A stretch of 64,000 nt of DNA, the filler included, from Barthelona sp. PAP020 (taxonomy: Eukaryota): NCBI GenBank assembly GCA_040182905.1. It is 17 parts of 17 records of this genome, joined end to end, with 100 filler letters (N's around TTAATTAATTAA, not from the genome) between each part and the next. Parts side by side here need not be neighbours in the genome. Positions count along the whole stretch, not along the records: positions 7,893 to 11,677 come from JARQWU010000714.1; positions 11,778 to 15,558 come from JARQWU010000715.1; positions 15,659 to 19,433 come from JARQWU010000716.1; positions 19,534 to 23,301 come from JARQWU010000717.1; 13 more parts are not named here. The stretch is one strand, 5' to 3'. The notes beneath the pieces were generated by a model. It ran no database searches. It was not told the origin of the DNA and was given only the letters and a program-made list of their open reading frames with translations. Below, in pieces: positions 11,308 to 23,401 of the stretch; the first letter of the stretch is position 1, and every line of letters starts with the position of its first letter. The position numbers and the translations under genes are program-made.

Positions 11308-11574
11308 TCATGTTTTAACAAAAAATTGTACCTCAATTTTTTATAGATGTCTGTTTTGATAATTTTTATTTAAAATATCGTATCATATGTAAAATGTAAT
11401 GCATTTAAGAGTATAATTTTTGTTGTTTGGATTTCAAAAATTTTTTTGATTTTTGTGGGCAATGATTAATATTTTGTTTTCAAAAATGTCATTATGAATT
11501 TTCAAGTGAAACAAAAAATGTTTCTCCATTTTGCTAAAAAAAATTCCAAATATTTGAACAAGTTTGAAATTTTG

Positions 11575-11677
11575 AACGCTTCTTCCTTGTCTTGAGCTTT
11601 TTGCTCTGAACCCAATGTAGTATCTGTTCTTATATGCTTAACCGCATGTAGTCTGATATTTTCAGACGTATACTTTA
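11575..11677 (+). ncRNA. U2: U2 snRNA, 5' part (cut by contig end before the Sm site)
   Basis: TGTAGTATCTGTTCTTAT (11616-11633) is the conserved branch-point recognition region. Stem I GAGC-TTTTT-GCTC; stem IIa TATATGC-TTAACC-GCATGTA; stem IIb GTCTGA-TATTT-TCAGAC. The 5' AACGCTTCT resembles AUCGCUUCU. Confidence 0.92.
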
Positions 11678-11779
11678 NNNNNNNNNNNNNNNNNNNNNNN
11701 NNNNNNNNNNNNNNNNNNNNNTTAATTAATTAANNNNNNNNNNNNNNNNNNNNNNNNNNNNNNNNNNNNNNNNNNNNCA

Positions 11780-11983
11780 CCTGTATTTAGAGATGCTTTG
11801 AGTCAGTTGTATTCCAAAAATGGGGATTTATCTGATGATGAAAATGAAAAAAGCCCAATTTCTTCGAATATCAAACGATTAAATTTTTCATCTGCCACTG
11901 ATTTGCAGAATTTTCTGGAAGGATTTGATGATCCACAGTTGCAGGCCTTGGGAAGCGACCTTAAGGATTTTTTAACGAGATAA
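11780..11983 (+). CDS. 3' end of unknown gene (contig-truncated)
   Basis: Open frame from the contig start: PVFRDALSQLY...DLKDFLTR*. Confidence 0.55.
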   Translation, partial: PVFRDALSQLYSKNGDLSDDENEKSPISSNIKRLNFSSATDLQNFLEGFDDPQLQALGSDLKDFLTR

Positions 11984-12562
11984 TATATTGTTAAAGACAC
12001 AATTGTATTCTTTTTTTCGTGTTCTTCCTTTTCAATCGTGAATTCTTTTGTCGGACATGTCTTTTTTTTTGTTTGAGATTTTCATTTCATTTTTCCAATC
12101 AAATTTTTCCACATTAACTTTGTTGCTGTTTTTTTTTTTTTTAATCAAATTTTCTTAAGCTGTTCTTTTTAACCAAATTACAAATGAATAATAATTGAAA
12201 AACGTTTTTCAAAAACCTTGATTTATTTAATTTTCTCAGAAAATTTCTGATCTTTTAAGACAAAGAATAAATTTGATTTTGAATAATGGCAAAAATAAAC
12301 AACATTCTTGTCTCTTTTTTATTTTTTTTTGGCAATACAATTTACAATTCAGAAATGATATTAACAAAAATCTTTTCCTTCCACTTATATCAACTTTTGA
12401 TAAATGTTATTTGGTTTGAAAAAAATGAAATTTGAGATGAAGAAAGCATTTTTTGAGTTGATTTCTTTTATCCATTGATTTTTTTTTTGTTTTGAAAAGA
12501 AAGCAAAAGCAAAATAATTATCTTATTGGTTTGCAACAAATTGATTATTTGCTGTTTGATTT

Positions 12563-13579
12563 ATGGAATTAAAAAGAAAATGGGGAACAATTATTGATGC
12601 AGTTATTCGACCTGCACGCTTTGAACATTATAGTGATGATGTATTAGAAAGAGTTCCTTCTAATTATCAACATAATGAATTTATGGTTAGATTCAAAAGA
12701 GATACTTTCATTGAAAATGATGATGAAAATGTAAAACTAAAAACCAGCTGTTGGTATTCTTCAAATGAAGAAATGATATCATCAAAAGTAATGATATACT
12801 TACATGGTAATGCTAGTTCGAGGTGTGAAGCATTACCTTTTGTTCCTTATTGTTCTGTGCAAAATATGACTTTAATATCTTTTGATTTTTCTGGTTGTGG
12901 AAAATCTTCTGGAAATTGGGTTACTTTAGGTTATAAAGAAGTTGAAGATCTGAAATATGTTATGATGCATGTTACTGAAATGGCGAAAAAACAAAAAAAA
13001 GCTGTTGATCCTTCATTTTTGCTATACGGACGTTCAATGGGTGCTGTAACAGCCTTGAGATATTGCAGTATTTATAATAATCCATTTGTTTCAATGCTTG
13101 TTGTTGATTCTGCATTTTTTGCACTTGAAGAAACTGTTTTTAATTTGGCACAAAATTTTACATATTTTCCTAAATTTGTTTTTCATGTTTTGCTATTTTT
13201 TCTACGGAAGGCGTTAAGAAATCGTTTGGGTGTTGAATTGATTTCAATTTTAGAAAATGAGGATTTTGCTAAGAATTTGAAAGTTCCAACAATTTTTTTG
13301 CATGGAACTGATGATACTTTTGTATCTCATGTTTCTTCGATTAAATTACATCAGTGCTTAGTTGACAGCGATTATTTTTGTTCTTTGAAACTGGTTGCGG
13401 GTGACCACAATACTGCAAGACCAAAAGAAATGTTACAAGAAATATTTACAGAAGTTTGGAAATTCATGCTCATGGAGAATAAAAGTATTGAAGTTCATCC
13501 AATTCAAATGCCCAATTATATGATTGATGAAGGGAAAGCTGCAAGAGAGGCATTAAATTTATTTGGGGCAATTGAATAG
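12563..13579 (+). CDS. Alpha/beta-fold hydrolase
   Basis: YLHGNASSR, FDFSGCGKS, nucleophile elbow GRSMG, HGTDD, GDH. Confidence 0.92.
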   Translation: MELKRKWGTIIDAVIRPARFEHYSDDVLERVPSNYQHNEFMVRFKRDTFIENDDENVKLKTSCWYSSNEEMISSKVMIYLHGNASSRCEALPFVPYCSVQNMTLISFDFSGCGKSSGNWVTLGYKEVEDLKYVMMHVTEMAKKQKKAVDPSFLLYGRSMGAVTALRYCSIYNNPFVSMLVVDSAFFALEETVFNLAQNFTYFPKFVFHVLLFFLRKALRNRLGVELISILENEDFAKNLKVPTIFLHGTDDTFVSHVSSIKLHQCLVDSDYFCSLKLVAGDHNTARPKEMLQEIFTEVWKFMLMENKSIEVHPIQMPNYMIDEGKAAREALNLFGAIE

Positions 13580-13646
13580 CAAATAAATGGTTTAAAATTT
13601 TTATTGTTGCTTTTTGTCGTCTTTAAAATCTGAATTTTTGTTGGTT

Positions 13647-15558
13647 TTAAGTAGTTTTGGGTTTTATTGGTCTCAATTTGTTTAAAGGTACTTTGGTTGC
13701 TAAACCAAGTCCATGATTGGCAATAAATTGTTGAAGATTTGCATTTACTGTTTCTAATTCTTTTATTCTTTCATTTTCGTTTCCCTCATCCAATAATGCT
13801 TTGGCATCCTCCAATTCTTCTTTTGTCTTAATTAATTCTTCTTTAAGTTCATCTATACTCATTATTTTGTCACTTAATTCAGTTTGAACATCATGCCATT
13901 CCATTAAAGTTGGTAATCTGGTCAATTCACCTTCTAATTTGTTCATTTTTGATTGAACTTGTGCATATTCTTCCAAAAGATCTTTGTTTGCTCTTTCTAA
14001 TTGTTGTGCACGATTAGAAATTGCATCTTTTTGTTCTTCTGAGTTGAGAAATCTTCTTTGTGCTAGTACAGCGTTTTGTAAAAGATATGCTACAATTTGT
14101 TGTCGAACATTTGAATTGTCAAGAGCTTCACAAATATTCAAAAGAACAGAATTTGCTTCTTCCACTTCATTTCCAAAAAATTGTGTCAACTGTTTTTTTT
14201 GTATAGATATTGATACCCTTAAATCTTCTTGTTGCTCAAGTTCATCAGGTAATTCTCTTAATATTTCCAAAATATCTTCTTCTTCACGAATTTGATTTTC
14301 AATTCGTTCTTTTTGATATCTAACATTATTTAAATTTGTAAATTTTTTCATTCCTTCCTCCAACAAAGGAACAATATTCAAAAACTTATCGTTATATCGA
14401 TTTCTTAAATTCTCCAAATCTTTTTCTAATCCTTCAATTTCTTCAGTGATAGTCTCAAGTTCAGTTTCTAAATTCATTTTTTCTGATTCGTACTCTTCTT
14501 TCTGTGAAGAAAGTCTTTTATCAAGAGTATCAAGATATCCTCTTACCTTATTCACAGTTTTTTTGATTTCATTAGTTTCATTTTCAGTTTTTTCTTTCTC
14601 TTTGTATTTATCAATCTTCCTTAATAAAACTGATTTACAATTTTGACACATTTCCATCAATTGTTGACGTTCTGTCTTGTAATGACTTTGAATTTCACGT
14701 AACCTTTGCTCTAATTCTTCTTTATGTGACAATTTATTGTCTATTTGTATTTTAATTGATGTTTCTTTTTTTAACACAGTATTTTGAAGTTTCTCTTCTT
14801 TGTCAAAAACTGTCAAATTGGCCAAATTAGGAGTAACTGTGACCACACCATCAGTTTGAATTAAACCAACAACAGGTGTTTGAAGATTTGTCAACATCAT
14901 AGAATCTTCATCTTCAAATATTGTGCCATCTGTTGAAATTTTCTCATCATTGTTCAAAGAAGGTTTAGGAGACTGCAAAAGTACAGTCTTTTGGGGTTTA
15001 AAAGAGTCACTCACATGTTTAACGCTGCTATCAACTTCTTTATTATCTTCACAACCTTTTACAAGATCTGTTTCCACCAGATCAGATGTTTTTTGCATAT
15101 TTTCCAAATTAAATATCAACTGTTCATTTATTTCTTTCTGTTGATTCAACATTTTCCACATTTCACTAATTTTCTGTCCTTGTTCAAAAAATATATTTTG
15201 AACAACATTGACATCAAAATATTGTTCATCTTTCTTTGTTTTTGAAATTTTTGTCTGTAAAGTAACATTATCCTTTCTCAGTTCATCACTTTCATTCTTT
15301 GATTTTTTTAAATCAGCTCTTAACAACCCAACCAATTTGTTAGATTCCTGCAATTGTCCTTTAAGTATTTCCAGTTCCTTTTCAAGCAATTGCGAATTTT
15401 TCATGGCAGCTACAACTGAAGGGCTTTCAATTTTGGGACTTTTTATTTTAGCCAACAATTTTTCCATGTTTTCATGTGCTTTTGGAGACATTTGATCAAA
15501 ATTAATTAATTGTAACAAATATTGTTCAACAATTTTTGAATCTTGATCAGGGGTAATG
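13647..15558 (-). CDS. Large coiled-coil protein (5'-truncated)
   Basis: Frame stays open to the contig end at 15558; long heptad regions. Confidence 0.75.
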
Positions 15559-15658
15559 NNNNNNNNNNNNNNNNNNNNNNNNNNNNNNNNNNNNNNNNNN
15601 NNTTAATTAATTAANNNNNNNNNNNNNNNNNNNNNNNNNNNNNNNNNNNNNNNNNNNN

Positions 15659-15769
15659 CATGATGCCATCACTTATACTGTTCATGGTAATCGTAAGACT
15701 TGTACTGCTGTCGATGTTATTTATGCTTTGAAGAAACAAGGTCGTACTTTATACGGTTTTGGTATGTAA
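15659..15769 (+). CDS. H4: Histone H4, 3' end (divergent, contig-truncated)
   Basis: [36 protein letters not shown]. Confidence 0.96.
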   Translation, partial: HDAITYTVHGNRKTCTAVDVIYALKKQGRTLYGFGM

Positions 15770-16177
15770 TCAATATTTAGACACCATTTTAGACAACACA
15801 CACAACAATCACACATGAAACAACTTATTTGTTTTTGTTTATAAATTTTTTGTTTTATTGATTTTTTTCTTTTATTTGGTGATTTAATTAAATTTGATTG
15901 AAATGCATCAAAAAAGTAAATGAAAATTAGTTTTTTTGAATGAAATGCCAATTTTTTTTAAAAGAACAAAAATCTATTTTTTCTTTGATTTTGATTATTT
16001 CAAAGGTAACAATAGAAAAAGTAATCATAAATTAAAGGAAATAACTTGAAAAATTGTCTGAAGAAACAAGGAACATTGCCAATTGAAATTTTTAATTTCC
16101 ATCACTCATCTATTATGTGATTAAAATGATTGATCTTCATTATAATATCTTTTTTCAATCGATTTTTCCAATATTCA

Positions 16178-16972
16178 ATGCCAGCCATTTCATTAACTGA
16201 TAATTTTGGTAATTTGTCAGAAAATGCTTCTCAAAAAGGTACTAATGAATTAATTATGTCAAAGTATATTAATGTGCAACGAGCTTGTGAATTGCCAAAT
16301 ATTCAGAAGCCAAAAAGCTGTAGACCAAAAACAAAACAGCACAAAAAAACTAAAAGTCAACCTCTTCCATTAGATAAGACTGTATATGCTGTTTGTGGTG
16401 TATTATCTCAAGTAATTAAGGAAAATCAATTGCATTTAGAACGAAATCATAAGCCACCTTTGCCTAAAGTGTCTAAGAAAACTTTGCAAATGTATGAACA
16501 CACACCTACCAAAACTCCAGACACTAAAACTATATACAATTTTTTAAATGTTATGATTTATCGGACAAGATTAGCTCATGAACCCACTATTGCTTTGTTA
16601 GCTTATGTTGATCGTTTAATTGAAAAAACTGGTCTGGTGTTATGTAATAATAATTGGAAATTGGTTATTTTTATATGTTTAGTTCTTTCTCAGAAAGTTT
16701 TTGACGATTTATGTTATGATAACAATGATTATCGCAAATTGTTACCTGGAGTTACTTTAAAGCAAATGAATGATTTGGAAATAATCACTTTGAAATTGTT
16801 AGATTATGATGTTTTGGTAAGCAACAGTTTATACACAAAATATTACATTCATTTGCAAGCATTATTCAAAAACAGTCTCGAATTGAATACTCCAAAGGGT
16901 ACTCTTTCTCTAAGACGCAGAATGAATATGTTATCACCACCTGCTTCTCCAATGATTAAATTAAGACATTAA
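16178..16972 (+). CDS. Cyclin Y-like protein
   Basis: NNWKLVIFICLVLSQKVFDD...MNDLE...LDYDVLVSNSLYTKYY matches the CCNY pattern. ATG at 16178. Confidence 0.85.
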   Translation: MPAISLTDNFGNLSENASQKGTNELIMSKYINVQRACELPNIQKPKSCRPKTKQHKKTKSQPLPLDKTVYAVCGVLSQVIKENQLHLERNHKPPLPKVSKKTLQMYEHTPTKTPDTKTIYNFLNVMIYRTRLAHEPTIALLAYVDRLIEKTGLVLCNNNWKLVIFICLVLSQKVFDDLCYDNNDYRKLLPGVTLKQMNDLEIITLKLLDYDVLVSNSLYTKYYIHLQALFKNSLELNTPKGTLSLRRRMNMLSPPASPMIKLRH

Positions 16973-17174
16973 AAACAATGACAAAGAAAGATATTTGAAA
17001 GTCATTGAAAATTTTGGAGAATTTGATAAAATTTTTATAATTGCTATGTAAATTTTTTAAAGCTTTTTTGGAATATTTTTAAAAATTTCAATATTACATT
17101 ATTATTTCAATTTTTTTTTTAAGGAAGCAAAAAACAAATAAAATCGTTCACAGATCTTGTATCATTTACACGTC

Positions 17175-18968
17175 TTAAAATTTATACTTTTCAATTTTTT
17201 CCAAAGCTTTTTCAGCAAAATCGATAACATCTTTTTCAGGGTCTTCATTTTGCAACCTTTGAATAATGGGAATTATTTGCTTCATGACAACATTTTTAGA
17301 AATTATTCCTTGCTCAATCATTGTGACTGTTAAATTACAAACTGCGAAACGCACATTTGGCACATCATCAGAAGCCATTTTTAAAATAACTGGTAAAGTA
17401 GTCGTTTCAACGATAGTACTATTAAGATATTTACTACACAAGGCTAAAGCCTTTAAAGCAACGATCCTATACAAATAATAACTATTTGAATAATTCTCAA
17501 ATAATTTCATAATCATCACGTTGGTTATCCAATCTTCAGAATATGTTTGACAAATTTTATCAATAGAGTCAAGAATGGACATTCTGACAGTATGAATACG
17601 ATCGAACAACAATTCCATCAGCAAAGGCAAAATGTTTGCATTGAAATATTCTTGATCAAAGCATTTTGCAAGCAAACTGAAGAGTTTTGCGACTCTATCT
17701 CTAATTCTCCATTTGGGACAAATACATAAATCTTTCAAACTCTTCATAGTCCCTTTAGCTATGATAGAAACATCAATCACTTTAATAACTTCATCTAGAT
17801 GATCTAAAAAGCCTAATCTAACTTCAGCATCTTCATGAACTAAAATATTAGTAATTTTTGCCCCAATCAATTGTGAATATTTAGCAGCATCGATCATTGG
17901 TGCTAATTTGGCAATCTCCATTGCAACTAAAGATGTGACGTCAAAAGATTTATCATCAATCATTGCAACAATAGTATCCAATAATACAGTTTCAAACTCA
18001 TTCACAGGAACTAATTCGCAAATAGCTGAAATATTTCTAGTTGCTGAACATCTAACTTCTGGTTCGCGGTCTAAAAGCAAAGCTTTGAACAAATTTAACA
18101 ATTTCATTCTGATACTTTCCAATGGAGCTTCAGGAATCAATTTCAACACTGATACAAACTTTTCCGATCCTAAACATCTAACTCTCCAACAACTATCTTG
18201 AATCAACGTTGTAAATATAGGAATGACACGAGATATCATATTTTGAGCATTCAATAAAGGTTGTAAAGCAATAATATTATCAAATAACAATAATCTGACA
18301 CTATCTTGTTGACAATTAGTCATGTCAAATATTATATCAATTAATTTTTCTCTATTTTCTTCAACAGATAAGGGTATAAATTCATTTAGAGTTAGACAAA
18401 CACGTCTTTTAACATTTGGTGAATCATCTTTGGATAATCGTACTAAAATGTCGAATAAATGTTTTTTTGAAGTTTCACTGGCTTTCTTATATGCAGAAGG
18501 TAATAATTGACTTGCAGTACAACGTAAAACACCCCATTTCGATTGAGAATATGTATCAATAATGTTTATTATTTTATTATCAACCAATACAGTTGTTAAT
18601 TCATCAATAATTGAAACAAATGAAGATGTTGCTGCATTCCTCACTTCAGCTTCATCAGAAGTCAATAATGGGGGTATTAAAGGAAATAAAACCTCAGCAA
18701 ACTCTCCTCCTCCAATATATGGAATAAAATCCCCTATTTGTTTGGCTAGTGCAATCAAAACATCATCACTTATATCATCTGTTCTTTCTAATAAAAAGTT
18801 AGATATCAATCAATAAAATAAATCTATACCTGCAAGAAAAGGAAGGAACTCTTCACGGGTTCTTTGAGGACCTAACGCCAAAGCAATTGTGGATAGTTGA
18901 CTCATTGCAGCAGCGCGTCTAACGGCATCTTCATGTGTAAGGTCATCAATTATCGCTTGGACGGACAT
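17175..18968 (-). CDS. PPP2R1: PP2A scaffold subunit A (HEAT repeats); two exons 18968-18830 and 18787-17175
   Basis: LSTIALALGPQRTREEFLPFLA|ERTDD...; WRVR; DDVPNVRF. The 42-nt GT-AG intron at 18788-18829 carries an in-frame stop and its removal joins the two ORFs. Confidence 0.95.
18788..18829 (-). other. Spliceosomal intron, 42 nt
   Basis: GTATAG...ATCTAAC-TTTTTA-TTAG; splicing gives FLA-E-RTDD. Confidence 0.9.
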
Positions 18969-19533
18969 TTTCAAAAAGAAAATTTGTATATGTGAATGGT
19001 GTTTTTTATTCCAAAATTTCAACAACTCCAATTATTCTCCTATAATTAATGCCTTTAATTAAAAATACTTCAAATTTTTATTAATTAATATCTTTTTTGA
19101 TGTTGATATTTTTGAAGATTGGTTTTTGCAAAATTAACCACTGATATATTGTCTAATGGATTGAAACATATTTGAGGAAGATCTTAAGTGACTATTTTGC
19201 AACTTTGATGAGTCATTGTTTGATTGAATGATTAATAAATTTGTTTTTCAGTAGAGTGATATGTTATTGTTTAACGTATAGATTAAACAATTTTATGAAA
19301 TAATTTGTTGAAATCACCTGTAATAAAAGTTATTTTTTTTTTTTGAAAATGATTTTCGAGCTGCTTTGTGACCGAACGGATGATTACACCATATGGAGAA
19401 AGAAACTTTCCAAAAGGTTAAACAATTTAAGGANNNNNNNNNNNNNNNNNNNNNNNNNNNNNNNNNNNNNNNNNNNNTTAATTAATTAANNNNNNNNNNN
19501 NNNNNNNNNNNNNNNNNNNNNNNNNNNNNNNNN

Positions 19534-19702
19534 TATATTTTGCAATAAAATGTATCAAATAATCTTTGTTGTCACCATAAAAGGTTTCAAAATCAATTAT
19601 TCTGGAATTCAACAATTGAAGAAAATCATTCATTATTTCCTCATCCCAACCACCAGTAAATATTTCTTTAAGATCTTCTTCCCCAATTTCAAAATCTGTC
19701 AT
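19534..19702 (-). CDS. 5' start of unknown gene, possibly ankyrin-repeat (contig-truncated)
   Basis: MTDFEIGEEDL...DYLIHFIAKY runs into the linker; the last residues resemble an ankyrin helix. Confidence 0.45.
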
Positions 19703-19870
19703 ATTCAGCTTCAAAAAAAAAAAAGGGTTGAAATTTTGACTTTTCTTTTTGATGGTCATCTTCATATCTCTCTTCTGAATTTTATCACCAAAAAAATGAA
19801 AAAAAGTTGAACATTATTTGATTATTGTTTTGATAAAAAAACATTTAATTGTTATTTACAAACAGTAACA

Positions 19871-22651
19871 TCACGTATGGGTTGAAACAACCGATTCTCC
19901 ATTGCCTCGAATCAGATAAACTGTTGATCCAGGAATAAAACAAAGTATATCAAGCCAAGCTACAAATAATTTTTCACAAATATTGACTTTAGGTAAGGGA
20001 AAAGTAATTGTCACAACTTTTCCATGAAGTGAATGCAAACGAATAGAAAAATTTAAACGCATAATTCGCGTAGTTTGATTCATATGCTGTGCAGGAATTT
20101 CAAATTTAAAACTTGCATGAAATAAATTTGCTAAATAAGCATCGGAACAATTACACCAATCCTCAAGGGTTTCCGGTGGGACGCTTGAAAACATGTTTGG
20201 ATATACTTCCACTTTTTGAGGAATAATTTTGTATTGATTAATAAGTTCAGGAAACAATTCAAAAAGAGAATCTCTTTTAGCTTTTGTTTCAGTTTGAAAA
20301 GTATTCAAAGACTCAGTACCCAAAATAGGTTCAATGTTAAAATAAAGTATTTGAGCTTCCAGCCGAAATTCCCCCAAAACTTTTTCTAAAAATACAGTAT
20401 CTTCATCAACAGTCTCATGATGTGAAGATATGTTAATGTTGAAAGTTAAATTCCATTTTTTTGCTAAAAAATGAGACAATAACAATGAAAGTCCACCATC
20501 ATCTATCAAAAAATAACAATCAAGACTATTTCTATCATATTGATTGAATGGATCAACATTTTCACATGGTTTCTTTTTGCAAGGAACAATTACTTCAGGG
20601 GCAGAAACAATAACAACAGATAAATCTGCAGCAAAAATATCTCTCAAACAATTAACCCACTCAATTATTGATTTTTCATCTCGGTAATGCAAAATTGGTA
20701 AAACGACAATGTTTGGACGTAAAGAACTAATTCCTGCCGAACATAATAATGCTTGTACACCACTTCGATATGTTGTATCAAACACGACTTCACTTGCGGC
20801 TTTTAAACCAAATCTTTTCAATCTTAAACTCATTTCTCTTCTCAAAAAACTCAAATCAGCAATTTTCATTGAAAACTTCCGATCGCAAACAATAATACGA
20901 CTTACCAAATTATAACCTCGTCTTCCAAACATACTCAACGAAGCTTTTAAAAATTGAATTTGTTCATCGATATCATCAATAAGAATTAAAGGATGAGGAC
21001 GATAATAATAAGAAATCTGTTTTGAATGCATTAATTCATCCAAATCATAGAGTTGTTGGACAATCAACCCAGTTAAATTGGTTTGCAAAAAGTCACCATA
21101 TTTGGCCATCATCCCTTTTGATTTGATGTGATGATTTATATATATAATCAAAATAACAACAATAATCAAAAAACCGAATGTTGAAAAAGGGTCAATAATC
21201 ATCATCATCAAAAAACAGAGCAAACCACCAATTAATGAAACATATTTGTTGTAATATTTAAAGGTAGGTCTCCAAGAAGTAGATTCAGCATTATCAGCGA
21301 GAAAAACAGAAATATTAAGAATGCTATAAAGAAACAAAAAACAATTGGTTATTATGGACTTTGTCTTTGATAAATCAAATGCAGACAAAAATAAAATTAA
21401 ACTCCAAGTAACAAATAAGGGCAATTTATTGGTTCCTGCATTTTCTTTTGGTTTTGTACTTGCCAAAGAATCTTTATTAACAATTTTCTTCTTTTTCAAT
21501 TCTTGTTTCTTTTTGGACAACACAGAAAAAAATGGCATCAATTCATCATCAACCAAAGAATAAAGTATTCTTTGAGCACCAGAATAAAAAGATCCGACAG
21601 TTCCCAACGTACTTCCAGCCAATCCAAATATTATTACGTTAGCTGGTAAAACAGACTTCAAAAAAATGATTCTTTCACTTATTAACAACGCTTTTGGGGT
21701 CGATATTGATAAAACCACCAAAAAAAAACAAAACACAAAAAAAGTAATTAACAACCCTTTCAAAGTACCAAGACCTACATTTCTAGAAGCATTTTTAATG
21801 CTAGTTGATGAATTAACACCAGCCATAATACCACAAATAGCAGGAAATATGGAAGCTAACCCTTCCAATAAGTTTTCAAGCCCCAAACTATCAAAAATAG
21901 AATCAGAATTACTCTCGAAAGATTTAATATCAACAGTTTGAAAACATCCAATGAAGATGTTTGTCAAACAAAATAGTACAAACAACAATAAAACAAACTG
22001 TAATCGCACAAATTGTTGATATCCAAAATAAAAAACCAACAAAACCGCAAGATTCACCAAAAAGGTAGCCAAAACATTGGCTAACATAATATTATACTCT
22101 CCTTCAAACATTTCAGAAATGATACTCCCAAATGCACTACTTTGAACACTACTACCCAAACAATTTCCAAAAAACCAAAGAACACCAGCAGCACCACCAA
22201 TTTCAGGACCAACTGATCTTGATAATAAAAAATAAACCCCACCAGAACTTTTTTCTTGATGAAAACCGTTGGAAAATATTGTTGAAATACTTAAAACTGA
22301 CACTAATACAAGCGCAAAAGATAAAACTACCAAAAATATACCAGATTGCAAACCAACTTTCCCCAAATATTGATCTATATCTAACAATAGTAGACTACCA
22401 CATATTTTTAGAACAATAGGACAAACAACACCAAATAATTGAGTCGCCTGATATTGCTTTTTTAATCGAAATTGTTGAACGAATTTCGTAGGAATAGGAA
22501 TATCAGGACTCATGGAACGTGTTTCGTTCGTTAACAAATCACGACAATGGGGACGGTGAACAACAGTGTAGGGAATTTCATCATCCTCCAGACTATAATA
22601 AGCACTGTTAGGTAAAGGTTCTTCCACAAACACAGAATCGACTCTAATCAT
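19871..22651 (-). CDS. Cation-chloride cotransporter (SLC12 family)
   Basis: GGVYFLLSRSVGPEIGGAAG, FPAICGIMAG, WRPTFKYYN, YRPHPL, LRPNIV, IDDGGLSLL, LIRGNG. Confidence 0.95.
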   Translation of the reverse strand: MIRVDSVFVEEPLPNSAYYSLEDDEIPYTVVHRPHCRDLLTNETRSMSPDIPIPTKFVQQFRLKKQYQATQLFGVVCPIVLKICGSLLLLDIDQYLGKVGLQSGIFLVVLSFALVLVSVLSISTIFSNGFHQEKSSGGVYFLLSRSVGPEIGGAAGVLWFFGNCLGSSVQSSAFGSIISEMFEGEYNIMLANVLATFLVNLAVLLVFYFGYQQFVRLQFVLLLFVLFCLTNIFIGCFQTVDIKSFESNSDSIFDSLGLENLLEGLASIFPAICGIMAGVNSSTSIKNASRNVGLGTLKGLLITFFVFCFFLVVLSISTPKALLISERIIFLKSVLPANVIIFGLAGSTLGTVGSFYSGAQRILYSLVDDELMPFFSVLSKKKQELKKKKIVNKDSLASTKPKENAGTNKLPLFVTWSLILFLSAFDLSKTKSIITNCFLFLYSILNISVFLADNAESTSWRPTFKYYNKYVSLIGGLLCFLMMMIIDPFSTFGFLIIVVILIIYINHHIKSKGMMAKYGDFLQTNLTGLIVQQLYDLDELMHSKQISYYYRPHPLILIDDIDEQIQFLKASLSMFGRRGYNLVSRIIVCDRKFSMKIADLSFLRREMSLRLKRFGLKAASEVVFDTTYRSGVQALLCSAGISSLRPNIVVLPILHYRDEKSIIEWVNCLRDIFAADLSVVIVSAPEVIVPCKKKPCENVDPFNQYDRNSLDCYFLIDDGGLSLLLSHFLAKKWNLTFNINISSHHETVDEDTVFLEKVLGEFRLEAQILYFNIEPILGTESLNTFQTETKAKRDSLFELFPELINQYKIIPQKVEVYPNMFSSVPPETLEDWCNCSDAYLANLFHASFKFEIPAQHMNQTTRIMRLNFSIRLHSLHGKVVTITFPLPKVNICEKLFVAWLDILCFIPGSTVYLIRGNGESVVSTHT

Positions 22652-23401
22652 AAAAGCATACTGAATGAATAAAAAAGGTGAAGATTCTTTGTTTTCAAGT
22701 TTTCCAAATCTGCCTCGTTTTACACAAACTATTCAAACAGAAACAAGTAATGTATTTTATGTTCTGAAAATAAATTTTTTAAACAAAGAAACAATAAAAC
22801 AAAGTTCTTAACTTGTCAAAAACTTGTTTTTCAACCAAGAAAATATTCATTCAATTGATAGAATTAATTAATAGTGCACTCAACTTTGGTATGTGGTTGA
22901 AAACTTTGGGTCTACAAATGCTTTGAGAGGGTTCCTTTCAACAATAAATCTGAAAAAATGTTTGAAAAAGAAAATATATTGATACTATTGCTTTAAATAT
23001 ACCTAATTTGAAAAATACACAAGACTTTTGAATCAAAAAAGGGAATTAACAAATATCCAACGCAAATTCAAAGGATTTAAGCTGTTTAATATTCTTAAGT
23101 CTCAAAAATTATTTTTGAAGGAAAATTGACTTTATTCTAATGGAAAAATCAAAAATTCTTTTATTTTTTTTTTTCAATGGAAATTCCTGTCGAATGGACA
23201 CAAAATTTATTGAATTCATTAAATCAGCTTACGCTTCAAAATGCAAAGAGAGATAATTCGATTGGATTTAAAGAACAAATTGACAAATATTATGATTTCA
23301 ANNNNNNNNNNNNNNNNNNNNNNNNNNNNNNNNNNNNNNNNNNNNTTAATTAATTAANNNNNNNNNNNNNNNNNNNNNNNNNNNNNNNNNNNNNNNNNNN
23401 N

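Noticed and set aside
13984..15495. Many 60-140-aa antisense or overlapping ORFs (here and throughout the window)
   Set aside because: F/S/L/I-rich shadows of E/K-rich sense genes, mostly with non-ATG starts and no motifs.
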